Shown here: positions 39,207-49,376 of the stretch, one piece after another
How the letters are laid out: every line of letters starts with the position of its first letter
How positions within the stretch are numbered: position 1 is the first letter of the stretch
Assembly (NCBI GenBank): GCA_965200315.1
Contig: OZ241362.1
Coordinates: 3,328,001-3,392,000, forward strand
From: Candidatus Latescibacterota bacterium
GTDB lineage: Bacteria; Latescibacterota; UBA2968; UBA8231
DNA: 64,000 nucleotides
Direction of reading: 5' to 3'
Notes under the pieces: model-generated
What the model was told of the DNA's origin: nothing
Database searches by the model: none
Seen by the model: only the letters and a program-made list of their open reading frames with translations
Made by a program: the position numbers and the translations under genes

Positions 39207-40289
39207 ATGGCACAACCGTTGGGCAAAGCCTACAAACAGATCGCGGCGACGCAGCCGTGCGGAACGTATCGCGGCGCAGTGGTCGGCTGCGGCCGGATGG
39301 GCAGCACCATCGACGACGAGCACATCGGGATGCCGCACTATCCGTGGCCGTGGGCACACGCCCCGGCCATGATCGAAGCGCGAGGCATTGAGCTGATCGG
39401 CGCGGCTGACGTGGACCGAGCCAAGTTGAACGACTTCGCCCAGCACTGGGGAGTAGAAGCCCTGTACGAAGACTATCGAGAGTTGGTCGCCCAAGAGCGG
39501 CCCGACGTAGTGGCCGTGACGACGCGGCCCGACGAGCGAGCCGAGGTGGTGATCGGCCTAGCCGAAGCCGGAGTGCGGGCGATTTTTGCCACTAAGCCGA
39601 TGTGCCGCACCTTGGCCGATGCCGATGCCATGATCGCGGCGTGCAGGGCAAGCGGCACGATTCTGTCCATCGCCTGCCATCTCAACTGGTATAATTGGTA
39701 CACCAATGCGCGGCAGGCCATAGTCGAAGGGGCGATTGGTCGGTTGCGCTCCATGATCTGTCACAGCCCGCACAGCCTGTCGAATCTGCAAAGCCATACG
39801 CTGGCCCTGTTTCGGCTGTTTGCCGGAGCACCGGCCGAGTGGGTGATGGGCGAGATGGACGACGATGCGCAGGCCGCGGCCGACCGGGATTTATCCGGTT
39901 CGGGCTACATTGCCTACGCCAATGGAGTGCGCGGCTTTTTGAACTCCCGCGCCGACCGCTCGGGGCATGGGTGGACTTTGGAGTTTATCGGCGAGCGCGG
40001 GATGATCGTCACGCGCAACGCCCACGCGCAATTCGAGCTGTGGGGAGCGCATCCAGAGACTGGCGAGCCGATCCAGCGGCAGTTTCCCAACCCGTGGCAC
40101 CCGCGGTCGTCCATGGTCGATGCTATTGAGGGCGTCTGTCGGGCGATTGAAGAGGGGGAAGAGCGGATTTGCCCGGGGGAATTTGGGCGCGAAGCGCTGG
40201 AAATCGCCATTGGTCTGCGCGAGTCGCATCGGCAGGGCAATGGGCGGGTGGATTTGCCGCTGGCGGATCGGACGTTGCGGATGGGCTAG
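39207..40289 (+). CDS. Gfo/Idh/MocA oxidoreductase
   Basis: VVGCGRMG and TKPM (EKP-like) motifs; GGAGGAG RBS. Confidence 0.85.
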   Translation: MAQPLGKAYKQIAATQPCGTYRGAVVGCGRMGSTIDDEHIGMPHYPWPWAHAPAMIEARGIELIGAADVDRAKLNDFAQHWGVEALYEDYRELVAQERPDVVAVTTRPDERAEVVIGLAEAGVRAIFATKPMCRTLADADAMIAACRASGTILSIACHLNWYNWYTNARQAIVEGAIGRLRSMICHSPHSLSNLQSHTLALFRLFAGAPAEWVMGEMDDDAQAAADRDLSGSGYIAYANGVRGFLNSRADRSGHGWTLEFIGERGMIVTRNAHAQFELWGAHPETGEPIQRQFPNPWHPRSSMVDAIEGVCRAIEEGEERICPGEFGREALEIAIGLRESHRQGNGRVDLPLADRTLRMG

Positions 40290-40360
40290 CGGGCGTCGTC
40301 AACAAGTCTGTGCAAAAAATAAGGGCCTTTGCCGGTTTTTGAGTTGTTATTCACTAGATA

Positions 40361-40639
40361 TTATTTCTTATTGCTAATTCCTTGGATTACCTCGGTCTCA
40401 CCTCGGCCAAAGTCCGTGCTCAATCCCAGAATTTGTGGAGACCGAATGGCTCGGATTTTGATCTATTTATAACTGTCTATCGCTGGCACATCTTCACCTT
40501 TTCTGCGCCCTGCTTCTAACTCTACTGCAACTGCTTTTGGAACAATTATCTCCTGGTAGAGTTTTTGCAGCAGATCAAGGAGGCGAAGTCGATGCAGATA
40601 AAAGATCGGCGATGTATTGCTGATTACGACCTCAGGCAT
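40361..40639 (-). pseudogene. DUF3368 (PIN-like) toxin remnant
   Basis: MPEVVISNTSPIFYL...LYQEIIVPKAV..EL; in-frame TAG at 40463-40465; truncated after GRGETEVI. Confidence 0.7.
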
Positions 40640-40882
40640 TTTGGCGGTCCTGTTCTAATTCCTCATGGGTCATATCAAAGATAGGCACACCGTAGTGACC
40701 CATATTTTGGAGGAATTGGATGCGCGACATGCCAGCGCATTCAGCCGTACGCCCGGAAGACATCTTACCCATTTCATAGAGCTTGGCGGCGGCAGCCATG
40801 CGGACCTCTCGGGTAAATTCTTCGGGCGTCTCTTCTAAGGACAGAAAATCTCTTCGGACACTTCAATCTGAATCGTCTGCAT
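40632..40882 (-). pseudogene. UPF0175-family antitoxin, frameshifted
   Basis: MQTIQIEVSEEIF, then a 1-nt frameshift to LSLEETPEEFTREVRMAAAAKLYEMGKMSSGR.AE.AGMSRIQFL. Confidence 0.75.
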
Positions 40883-40935
40883 TGTTATTCCTTTGGTATC
40901 AGCGATCTAATGGGACGGTGGGACGCGACGCCTGT

Positions 40936-42501
40936 TCAGCGCATGAGATCGGCGATGCGCTCGCCAATGGCCATTGAGGTAATGTTGGTGTTGGCGCGTA
41001 CGCAGTCGGGCATGATGGCTGCGTCGGCGACGCGCAGGTTTTCGAGGCCGTGTACCCGACCATGCTGATCGACGACGGCCATTGCGTCGCTCGCTGGTCC
41101 CATCTTGCAGGTCGAGGAGACGTGGTGGCTGGTGCCCACTTCGCGCCGCATCCACTCGTCGAGCGCGGCGGCGGTGTCGAGTTCGGCGTCGGTGGGGCCG
41201 ATGCGCTCGACCACGAGCTCGTTGAGCGCATCGTGGTTGAGCAGGTCGATGATGATGCGGATGGATTCGCGCAGGCGGCGGCAGTCTGAAGGCTCGGCCA
41301 AGTAGTTGTAGTCGAGCACGGGCTGCACGTGCGGGTCGGTGGAAGCCAGTTTGAGTTCGCCCTGCCCCTCCGCCAAGTAGATGCAGCCGACCAAGTAAAA
41401 GCCCAAGGGTTTGGAATGCGACGAGACGTAGTAGCCCTCGGTCGTGGCAAAGGAGGCCGGGATAATGAACATGTCGTTGCGCCAGTCCGAACCGGCGGCC
41501 GTGTAGCGCAGGCCGATTTGCAGCCGAGGCTCCGTGCCGTCGCCGAGGTACTCGTCCTTGGCCCGCAGCGTCACGCTCACCTGCGGATGGTCGCGCAAAT
41601 TCTGGCCGACGCCGGGCAGATCGCACACCACGTCAACGCCCATCGCCTCCAAGTGCGCGGCCGGCCCGACGCCCGACAGCAAGAGCAGGTGCGGCGAGCC
41701 AATGGCCCCACCGCAGAGCACGATTTCTCCGCCGTGGACCGCGGATAGAGCACCGTCGCGCTCGACGAGCAAGCCGGTGGCGCACTGGCCGTCAAAGAGC
41801 ACACGGTGGACGTGAGTGTTGGCTTGAATGGTGAGGTTGGGACGACCGCGAGCCGGGTTGAGGTAGCCGATGTTGGTGCTCCAGCGGATGCTCTCGGCGT
41901 TGTTTAAGGCCAAGGGACCGACGCCGGTGGAAGCAGGGTCGTTGTGATCGGGGCAGTCGGGGTAGCCCGCGGCGAGCGCGGCCTCGTAGAAGGCGCGGTG
42001 CTCGGGGTTGAGCTCGTGATCTTTGAATCGCCGTGCGCGGATGGGGCCGTCGGCACCGTGGTAGGGGGCATCGCCGTAGTCGGGGTCGGATTCGAGGCGG
42101 CACAAAAAGGGCAACAGGGAGTCGTGGCTCCAAAGGTCGTTGCCGGCCACCGCCCACGAGTCGTAATCTTCGGGTACGCCGCGCAGAAAAATCTGTGCAT
42201 TGACCGCACTCGACCCGCCGACGATTTTGCCGCGCGGCACAAACATATCGGGGCGCAGGCCCGTGGCCCGGGCGCGGTACTCCCAGCCAAATCGGGTGCC
42301 CAAGCCAAAGGCGCGATCCCAGATATTGCGATCGCGCCCGTAGGCATAGCGAATCTCTTCGGGGAGGTCTTCAACCGCAGCAAAATCCGGCCCGGCCTCC
42401 AGCAGCAAGACCGACCGACTCCGATCCTCGCTGAGCCGCGCCGCAAGCACTGCTCCCGCCGCTCCCGCCCCGGCAATGACGACATCGTAAGACGCAGACA
42501 T
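40936..42501 (-). CDS. GMC oxidoreductase (choline dehydrogenase/MftG-like)
   Basis: GAGAAG, RGKIVGGSSAVN, GVGQNLRDH, H..STCKMG and ANTN motifs. Confidence 0.92.
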   Translation of the reverse strand: MSASYDVVIAGAGAAGAVLAARLSEDRSRSVLLLEAGPDFAAVEDLPEEIRYAYGRDRNIWDRAFGLGTRFGWEYRARATGLRPDMFVPRGKIVGGSSAVNAQIFLRGVPEDYDSWAVAGNDLWSHDSLLPFLCRLESDPDYGDAPYHGADGPIRARRFKDHELNPEHRAFYEAALAAGYPDCPDHNDPASTGVGPLALNNAESIRWSTNIGYLNPARGRPNLTIQANTHVHRVLFDGQCATGLLVERDGALSAVHGGEIVLCGGAIGSPHLLLLSGVGPAAHLEAMGVDVVCDLPGVGQNLRDHPQVSVTLRAKDEYLGDGTEPRLQIGLRYTAAGSDWRNDMFIIPASFATTEGYYVSSHSKPLGFYLVGCIYLAEGQGELKLASTDPHVQPVLDYNYLAEPSDCRRLRESIRIIIDLLNHDALNELVVERIGPTDAELDTAAALDEWMRREVGTSHHVSSTCKMGPASDAMAVVDQHGRVHGLENLRVADAAIMPDCVRANTNITSMAIGERIADLMR

Positions 42502-42550
42502 AACGACTCCCTTTGATTTGTATTTAGTGCCCTTAATACACGACAATACC

Positions 42551-42664
42551 GTTACGCATGGGCATCGAGGTATTAGATGCTTCGACTCCGCTTTGCTCCT
42601 CTCAGCATGACAGGTGCTGACGCCCATATTGTCATGCTGAGCGAAGCGAAGCATCCCATACCAC
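42551..42664. repeat. REP-like inverted-repeat doublet, same family as the 3217-3456 element
   Basis: GATGCTTCGACTCCGCTTTGCTCCTCTCAGCATGACA ... TGTCATGCTGAGCGAAGCGAAGCATC, preceded by GTTACGCA. Confidence 0.75.
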
Positions 42665-42720
42665 TCTACTGTCGTATACTTAGGTGCCCTCTAAATATAG
42701 TACACCCACGAGGGACATTC

Positions 42721-44103
42721 CTACCTCAACTGTTCCGCCAATTCCTCGGCCGGATAAGTAATAATCTCCGCCAAGGTCGGATGATAATGGGGAATCCTCG
42801 CCAAATCCTGCACTGTGCCGCGAAAGTACATCACCGCGATCAACTCGTGAATTAACTCGCCGGCCTCCGGGCCGACGATGTGGCCGCCGAGCACTTCGCC
42901 CGAGCGCGGATCGCAGAGAATTTTTACGTGGCCGCAGGTCTCGCCCATGGTCAGCGACTTGCCGTGGTCGTCAAAAGGGTAGCTGGCGACCAAATAGGGC
43001 CGGTCCGCAGTGCGGCAGTCCCGCTCGCTGAGGCCGACGCTGGCCACCTGCGGGTCGGTAAATACGACTAGCGCATTGAGGCGGTCGTCGAAGCGGTGCT
43101 CGGGGCGGTCGGGATGCGTGGCATTGTACGCGGCGATTTCGCCTTGCTCAATGGCGATGTGGACGACCTCGTGCTCGCCGTTGACGTCGCCGACCGCGTA
43201 GATGTGGGGTTGGCTGGTGCGCATGGCCGCATCGACGACAATGCGCCCGCCGGCGACCTCGACGCCAGCTTGATCCAAGCCCAATCCGTCGATAAGCGGG
43301 CGGCGACCGAGAGCTTGCAGGACGAGGTCCGCCGAGGCTGTTTTTTCTGCGCCGCCATGGGAAAAATGCGCCGTCTTGCGCCCGTTTTCCTCGGTGAATT
43401 GGCGTAGCTGAGTGCCGGTGTACACCTCCATGCCCTCCTCGCGGAAGTGCGCCTCAACCGGCCGCGCCAAATCCTCGTCTCCAGCGGAGAGAATATGATC
43501 GCTGCGCTGGACGAGCGTTACCTGTGTGCCAATGCGCTGAAAGAATTGGGCCAGCTCGACGGCGATGGGGCCGCCGCCGAGGACGAGGAGGCTCGCTGGC
43601 TGTTGGCACAGGTCGAGGGCCTCGTCGCTGATGAGGTAGCCAACTTGGTCCAGACCCGGGAGCGGGACGCGGTGGGGCGTAGAGCCGGTGGCAATGATAA
43701 ACTGCCCGGCCTCAATGACGTCGGAACCGGCTTGGAGCGTCTGCGGCGAGAGAAAACGTGCGCGCGCTTCGTAGAGCGCGAAGCGGCCATCGCTCAGTTG
43801 CTCGCGGCGATAGGCGGCAAAGTCGGCGACCAGCCGCGCTTTGCGCTCGACAATGGCGGCTAAGTCAGCGCGGACTTCCACCGGTGTTAGGCCGAACTCG
43901 GCGGCGCGTCCCAGATGCGAAGCTATTTCGGCTGAGCGCAGGATCGCCTTGCTGGGCATACAGCCACGCAGAATGCACAGCCCTCCCCAAGGCCCTTGAT
44001 CGATAACCGCGACATTCGCGCCGGCCGTGTGGGCCTTGCGCGCCGCGGCGTACCCGGCCGAGCCGCCGCCGATGACCGCGATGTCGCATTGCACAGTTGC
44101 CAT
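42721..44103 (-). CDS. Pyridine nucleotide-disulfide oxidoreductase (dihydrolipoamide dehydrogenase family)
   Basis: GGGSAG, GGLCILRGCMPSK, AVGDV and HPTLAE motifs. Confidence 0.9.
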   Translation of the reverse strand: MATVQCDIAVIGGGSAGYAAARKAHTAGANVAVIDQGPWGGLCILRGCMPSKAILRSAEIASHLGRAAEFGLTPVEVRADLAAIVERKARLVADFAAYRREQLSDGRFALYEARARFLSPQTLQAGSDVIEAGQFIIATGSTPHRVPLPGLDQVGYLISDEALDLCQQPASLLVLGGGPIAVELAQFFQRIGTQVTLVQRSDHILSAGDEDLARPVEAHFREEGMEVYTGTQLRQFTEENGRKTAHFSHGGAEKTASADLVLQALGRRPLIDGLGLDQAGVEVAGGRIVVDAAMRTSQPHIYAVGDVNGEHEVVHIAIEQGEIAAYNATHPDRPEHRFDDRLNALVVFTDPQVASVGLSERDCRTADRPYLVASYPFDDHGKSLTMGETCGHVKILCDPRSGEVLGGHIVGPEAGELIHELIAVMYFRGTVQDLARIPHYHPTLAEIITYPAEELAEQLR

Positions 44104-44171
44104 AATTCGTTTTTGTCCTACTCTTGAGCGGCTTGGTTTTTATTTTTCTGTTGAGCGATGAGGTATGTTCG

Positions 44172-45371
44172 TTGAACGCACTGCACCCCATAGGCGCGGT
44201 TTTGCTTTGCTGCGCGCTGGCCCTGCCCGCTTGGAGCGAGGGTGCCTATACGATGCGCGGCTTTGATGCGCGCATCCAGCGGGGTATAGACCTGATCTAC
44301 AATCTGCGCTTTGAAGAAGCCGAGCGCCACTTTCAGGCCATTGTCGCGGCCGAGCCAGACAACCCGCTCGGCTACTTCTTTCGCGCCATGGTGTCTTGGT
44401 GGCGGATCCTCATCGATTTGGCCGACAAAACCCACGACGCGGAGTTCCACACCCGGCTCAAGCACTGCATTGAGGTCTGCGACCGGCGGCTAAAAAAAGA
44501 CCCGATGGACTTCGACGCGATACTCTTCAAGGGCGGTGCCCTTGGTTTCCGCGGCCGCCTACACGGCGACAGAGAGCAGTACCTAAGGGCAGCGCGCGAC
44601 GGATTGCGCGGCCTGCCCCTCCTGAAGAAGAGCCGTCAGCTCGAGCCGACCAACAAGGACATCCTCTTTGGCCAAGGCCTGTATCACTACTTCGCCGAGG
44701 TCATGCCCCAACGCCACCGAATTCTCCGTCCGATCATGGCCTTTTTGCCCGACGGCGATCGCTTGCTGGGCCTCCAGCAGCTCAAGGAAGTCGCCCGCGA
44801 GGGAGCCTACGCCCGCACCGAGGCCGCCTATTTCCTCGGCCAGATTTACCGAATTTTTGAAAAGGACAACCGCAAAGCTCTGCCCTATTTTGAGGAACTC
44901 TACAAGCGCTACCCCGGCAATGCCGTCTTCCACCGCTACGCGGCGCGGCTTATGATCGAACTCGGCCGCTGGCGCTCAGGTGTGGCTTTGTACGAAGAAT
45001 ACGTGCGGCGCAGCTTGGCCGGCCAGACCGGCTATCACCGCCACGGCCGCTTGGAGGCTCATTACTACGCAGGCAAATACGCTTTTTTCGAGCGGCGTTT
45101 GCCCGAAGCCGCCGACCACTTGGCGGCAACCGATAGCCTCGCCGCCAATTCCGAACGCAAACGGGACCTAGCGTTTGCCGTGCTGGCCAACCTGCTGCTC
45201 GGCCAAGTACACGACCTAGCCGGCCGCCGCGAGGACGCGGTGCGCCGCTATCAGCGGGCGCGGCACTTGCCCGACCACGCGGACAGCCACCAACAAGTCC
45301 AGCACTATCTGCACACGCCCTACCGAGAGGGTGCAAGTAAGGAAGTCAATCCTGTCCCTCCAACCGAATGA
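44172..45371 (+). CDS. Exported TPR-repeat protein
   Basis: Signal peptide (..ALALPAWS) and helical TPR-like repeats; TTG start after GAGG (start uncertain). Confidence 0.75.
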   Translation: MNALHPIGAVLLCCALALPAWSEGAYTMRGFDARIQRGIDLIYNLRFEEAERHFQAIVAAEPDNPLGYFFRAMVSWWRILIDLADKTHDAEFHTRLKHCIEVCDRRLKKDPMDFDAILFKGGALGFRGRLHGDREQYLRAARDGLRGLPLLKKSRQLEPTNKDILFGQGLYHYFAEVMPQRHRILRPIMAFLPDGDRLLGLQQLKEVAREGAYARTEAAYFLGQIYRIFEKDNRKALPYFEELYKRYPGNAVFHRYAARLMIELGRWRSGVALYEEYVRRSLAGQTGYHRHGRLEAHYYAGKYAFFERRLPEAADHLAATDSLAANSERKRDLAFAVLANLLLGQVHDLAGRREDAVRRYQRARHLPDHADSHQQVQHYLHTPYREGASKEVNPVPPTE

Positions 45372-47178
45372 CTTCCTCGTGGTACACTCTCATCAGATCT
45401 GAGTGCATCAAGTAGCCCCAAAACTCGCTTTTCCCCTCGTCTGTGGTGTGCATCACGGGCAGCTTGTCGTAGCCAGAATCCAGCAGCTTTTGCAGGGCTT
45501 CGTGTAGATTGTCCTCCGCGTCTATGGGCCGGACATCATCGACGACCATGTCTTCAATGAGGACCAAATTACGCATCATCTCGTCTTCGGGCAGGTCGAG
45601 GTCTTCGAGACTGATCATGCCGCGCAAGCCGTTGTTGTCATCGGTGACGACAAAGTGCAGATGGCCCAGCTTTTTGCTCAAGCTACTCAGGGAAAAGTAG
45701 GAAAGTCGATTGCTGACGATGGCCTCGGAGGTGTTTTTGAGGCGGGGAAATACTTCGCGGACTTGGAGATTGTGCAGCACATCAACGGTTAGATCTTTGA
45801 TATGGGCTGGAGAGTAGAACTTGTTTTGGACTTGGTTTTGGTAGATGGAAAAGTTGCGCGCGAAGATCAGCGCGAGGGCGCTGACGACCATCAGCGGCGG
45901 CAGCAGGTGGTAGGAGCCGCTCATTTCGATGACGAGAATCAGGGCCGCTAGCGGCGTATTGGCCACTGCGCCGAAAAACGAAGCCATGCCCACCACAATA
46001 TAAGCGGCTGGTTGGTGGACGATGTCGGGAAAGTACTGTTGGGCCAGCAGGCCCACGGCACCGCCGAGCATCCCGCCGATAAAGAGCGAGGGGCCGAAGA
46101 CGCCGCCCGAGCCGCCGCTGGAGATCGTGCAGCTAGAGGCGAGGATTTTGAGTAGGGCGAGGGCTAGAAAAGCGCGGATTGCAAGCTCGCCGTCGAGCCC
46201 TCGTTGGATGACGCCGAACCCATCGCCCAGCACTCGGGGGTCTATAAAGGCTACCAACCCCACCAGCAAGCCCCCGCAGCAGACGATCCAATAGCGGGGC
46301 AGCGCCAAGCGATCGAATAGGGTGCGCGCAAGGCGCAGAGTCTTGACGTAAAAAATGCCTACCAAGGCGCAGAAAAACCCCAGCACCAAGTAGAAAACCA
46401 ACTCGCGCACATCGGTGAACAGCAAGTCGGGTAAGGCGAAAATGTGCGAGAAGCCAAAGACGGCTATGTAGAGAGCGTAGGCCACAAAGGAGCTGATGAC
46501 GCAGGGGATGAGCGCGTCGCTTTCAAAGTCTTCGCGGTAGAGCACTTCCACGCTGGCAATCGCTGCACCTAGCGGCGCACGGAAAATTGCGCCCAGCCCT
46601 CCGGCCGTGCCCGCCAGCAACAAAATCCGCCGCTGGGCCACCGAGAGCTTGAATTTGTCGCCGACCCAAGAGCCTAAGCCCGCGCCGATATGCACCAAAG
46701 GACCTTGTTGACCAGCGGCACCACCGGAGGCGAGCGTGATAATGGTCGCCAGCGCCTTGACCGGAGCGACGATGGGGCGGATGTGGCCGCGTTGGTTGTG
46801 GAAAGCGTCGATCATGGCATCGGTGCCCGCGCCTTGAGCTTCGGGCGCGAAGCGGTGAGTCAGGTAGCCGCTGAGCAGGCCACCCAGCGCCGGCAGCAGC
46901 AGCAACAGCCACAAAAACTCTCCGTAGGTGGGTGCGTCGAAGAAGGAGAAGTCGAATAGCGCCCTGTTGTAGGGATGGATCTGGCGGTATCCAGCCAGTT
47001 TCTCGACTAGCAGGAACTTGGCCAGCTCGAAGCCGTAGGTGAATAACACGGCACCCAAGCCGGAAATCAGGCCAATGAGCGCGCTGTAGAGGTAGATGCG
47101 GGAGACGAACTCAAAGCCGAGCCAGTCGCGGAGCAAGCGGGCGGCTAGCCCCCGAGTCTTCGGGGCGGCTTCAGGCAT
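45346..47178 (-). CDS. ClC chloride channel/transporter with C-terminal CBS domains
   Basis: GAGTD, GQQGP, IFRAPLG, SGGVFGPSL and a CBS pair. Confidence 0.92.
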   Translation of the reverse strand: MPEAAPKTRGLAARLLRDWLGFEFVSRIYLYSALIGLISGLGAVLFTYGFELAKFLLVEKLAGYRQIHPYNRALFDFSFFDAPTYGEFLWLLLLLPALGGLLSGYLTHRFAPEAQGAGTDAMIDAFHNQRGHIRPIVAPVKALATIITLASGGAAGQQGPLVHIGAGLGSWVGDKFKLSVAQRRILLLAGTAGGLGAIFRAPLGAAIASVEVLYREDFESDALIPCVISSFVAYALYIAVFGFSHIFALPDLLFTDVRELVFYLVLGFFCALVGIFYVKTLRLARTLFDRLALPRYWIVCCGGLLVGLVAFIDPRVLGDGFGVIQRGLDGELAIRAFLALALLKILASSCTISSGGSGGVFGPSLFIGGMLGGAVGLLAQQYFPDIVHQPAAYIVVGMASFFGAVANTPLAALILVIEMSGSYHLLPPLMVVSALALIFARNFSIYQNQVQNKFYSPAHIKDLTVDVLHNLQVREVFPRLKNTSEAIVSNRLSYFSLSSLSKKLGHLHFVVTDDNNGLRGMISLEDLDLPEDEMMRNLVLIEDMVVDDVRPIDAEDNLHEALQKLLDSGYDKLPVMHTTDEGKSEFWGYLMHSDLMRVYHEEVIRLEGQD

Positions 47179-47761
47179 GAGCAGTGGGCTGGCAGGTAGG
47201 GCTGACGACCTGCCATTGGCGCAGGACCTCAAAGACGAGGACGGCGCTGGCCGCGGCGACATTGAGGCTGTTTTTGTAGCCGTACATGGGAATCTCGACC
47301 AGTTCGTCGCAGCGTTCGAGTGCGTCGCAACTCACGCCGAGGGCTTCATTGCCCACGATGAGGGCCAAGGGACGCGGATACTCCAGCTTGGTATAGCAGC
47401 GGCTCTGCGAGGTCGTCTCCAGCGCCCACACCGGCACTTCGTGCGCACGCAAGTGCTCAATGGCCTGTAGCGTGGTGGCAAAGTGGTGGGTCTCGATGTA
47501 CGAGAGGGTGCCTAACGCCGTCTTGTCGAGCTTGGGATGGGGCGGATGGGCCGTGTAACCGCAGGTGTAGATGCCTCTGAGACGGCCTGCGTCGGCCGTG
47601 CGAAAAATCGAGCCGACGTTGAAGGCACTGCGCAAATTGTCGAGTACCAGATAGAGCGGATGCTTGGGCAGGCAGGCGTATTCATCAAGGGGCATCTCCG
47701 CGTCAAATGTGCGGACCTCAAAGCTAGTCTCCTTGCCGTAATTGCCCGGCCGCAATTTCAC
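47171..47761 (-). CDS. TrmH/SpoU RNA methyltransferase
   Basis: NVGSIFRT, GNEALGV and IPMYG..NSLNVA motifs. Confidence 0.9.
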   Translation of the reverse strand: MKLRPGNYGKETSFEVRTFDAEMPLDEYACLPKHPLYLVLDNLRSAFNVGSIFRTADAGRLRGIYTCGYTAHPPHPKLDKTALGTLSYIETHHFATTLQAIEHLRAHEVPVWALETTSQSRCYTKLEYPRPLALIVGNEALGVSCDALERCDELVEIPMYGYKNSLNVAAASAVLVFEVLRQWQVVSPTCQPTAHA

Positions 47762-48795
47762 CCGATTTCCTCCGGGGCCACGGGCCGCTGCTCGGCGGCA
47801 GAAAGCCGGGCGGCTTCAATGGCGACCATGGTCTGCCGTACGCTCTGAGCGGTGACGGCCAGAGCCTCGCGGCGGGCTAGCGCATCGGCGATGTTTTCGT
47901 AGTAGGAGCACCAGCGGCCGGGTGCCGTCTCAATGATGGTTTCCTCCGCGGCTCTATAGAGACGGGCATAGTGCTCGGGCGCTTCTTCGGCCGCGTCGAT
48001 GTCGCCGGCGATCATGGCCTTTTCCTGCGGGTCAACGCCCTCTTTGACCAGCGCGCCTTCGGTGCCCAGCACATACCAGCGCGGTTTGGCTTTGCCCGCC
48101 AGTGACGAGGTCTCCACGCGCGCTTCGACGCCGTTGGCAAAGTGAAGCACGGCCAGCGCGTGGGACTCGACGTCAATGCTGAGTGGATCGCCAGAGTGAA
48201 AGGAGGCGTAAACCTTTGTCAGCGGCGAGTCGATAAGCTGGAGGGCCTGATCGACTAGATGTGCGCCTAAATCGAAGAATTTGCCGCCGCCGTGCCGTGC
48301 GATGCTGCGCCAACCGCGCGGGGGGCCGTATTGGCCCCAAAACATCTCCAGCAAAAAGGGCTCGCCGAGCAGCCCTTGGGCCAGCGCATCTTTGACGGCG
48401 AGGAAATCGCCGTCCCAGCGGCGGTTCTGAAAGACGCTGAGCAAGCGGTCGTGCGCTTGGCTGGCGGCGATCATCTGGTCGGCTTCGGCAATGCTCAAGC
48501 ACATAGGCTTGTCGGTGACGACGTGTTTGCCAGCCGCTAGTGCTTGGATTGCGTGCGGGGCGTGGAGGTCGTTGGGCGTGGCGAGGACGACTAGATCGAC
48601 GGCTGGGTCGGCCAGTACTTCGTCGAGGTGGCGGAAGGTCTTTATCCCCAAGTCGCGCTGAATCTGGTCGCGGGCTTCCGGCCGGCTGGTGGCGATGCCG
48701 TAGAGGTTCAGGCCGCTAGCCAGCCCCACTAGATAGGCGTGGAAGCAGCGGCCGGCAAAGCCGTATCCGATGACGACGACGTTAGGTTTTTCCAT
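47758..48795 (-). CDS. Gfo/Idh/MocA oxidoreductase (IolW/YdgJ-like)
   Basis: GYGFAG, DKP, QNRRWDGDF and DLGAHLVD motifs. Confidence 0.88.
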   Translation of the reverse strand: MEKPNVVVIGYGFAGRCFHAYLVGLASGLNLYGIATSRPEARDQIQRDLGIKTFRHLDEVLADPAVDLVVLATPNDLHAPHAIQALAAGKHVVTDKPMCLSIAEADQMIAASQAHDRLLSVFQNRRWDGDFLAVKDALAQGLLGEPFLLEMFWGQYGPPRGWRSIARHGGGKFFDLGAHLVDQALQLIDSPLTKVYASFHSGDPLSIDVESHALAVLHFANGVEARVETSSLAGKAKPRWYVLGTEGALVKEGVDPQEKAMIAGDIDAAEEAPEHYARLYRAAEETIIETAPGRWCSYYENIADALARREALAVTAQSVRQTMVAIEAARLSAAEQRPVAPEEIG

Positions 48796-48890
48796 GATTT
48801 CACCTGTGTGGCGGGCGTTTTTGCGGTCGATGAATTGGCACTTATATTAAGAAAACTCAAAGGCTTGGGCAAATTTTCACGAGGAGTGCA

Positions 48891-49262
48891 ATGCGGATTC
48901 GGATTAGCTGGGATGACGGCGCGGTCGAGGCGGTTTTGGATGCTACGCCGACGGCACAAAAGGTCTGGGCAGCCCTGCCCTGCACCTCGATAGCGAGTAC
49001 TTGAGGCGAGGAGGTGTACTTTGAGGTCCCCGTGCAGGCCGAGCTAGAACCCGATGCTCGGCAAGTAGTAGAAAAAGGCGCGGTGTGCTTTTGAGTCGAG
49101 GGGCAATCGCCAGCCCTGCCCTACGGCCCGACCCCGCTCTCCGCAGGCGACGAGTGTCGGCTGGTAAGCAAGGTCAATGTCCTCGGGCAAATCGAAGGCG
49201 AGCCGCGGACGTTAGCCGCGGTGCGTACTGGCGCGCTGATTTGGGTCGAACGAATCGAATAA
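48891..49262 (+). pseudogene. Cyclophilin-like (TM1367/DUF369-type) gene with two in-frame TGA codons
   Basis: After GAGGAG: MRIRISW...TPTAQKVWAALP...ST*GEEVYF...GAVCF*VEG..ALPYGPTP...VNVLG; full length, 123 codons. Confidence 0.75.
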
Positions 49263-49376
49263 GAGGGGATACTTTTTTTCGCTTAGGTGTTATATATGAC
49301 ACGCGGTCAATCGGGTCGACCCAACGTGGAGTCTTTATCCATGTCGCCGGTGCGAGGACAATGGACGGAATCACTT

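Noticed and set aside
42502-42654. N-terminal extension of the GMC oxidoreductase (MLRFAQHD...)
   Set aside because: It is a translation of the REP-like palindrome.
42721-44103. Mercuric reductase merA
   Set aside because: No C-terminal Cys-Cys pair, no N-terminal HMA domain and no mer genes nearby.
49002-49094. Selenocysteine or genome-wide UGA recoding
   Set aside because: The TGAs align with Trp rather than Cys, no obvious SECIS follows, and many genes here end in TGA with ATGA overlaps.
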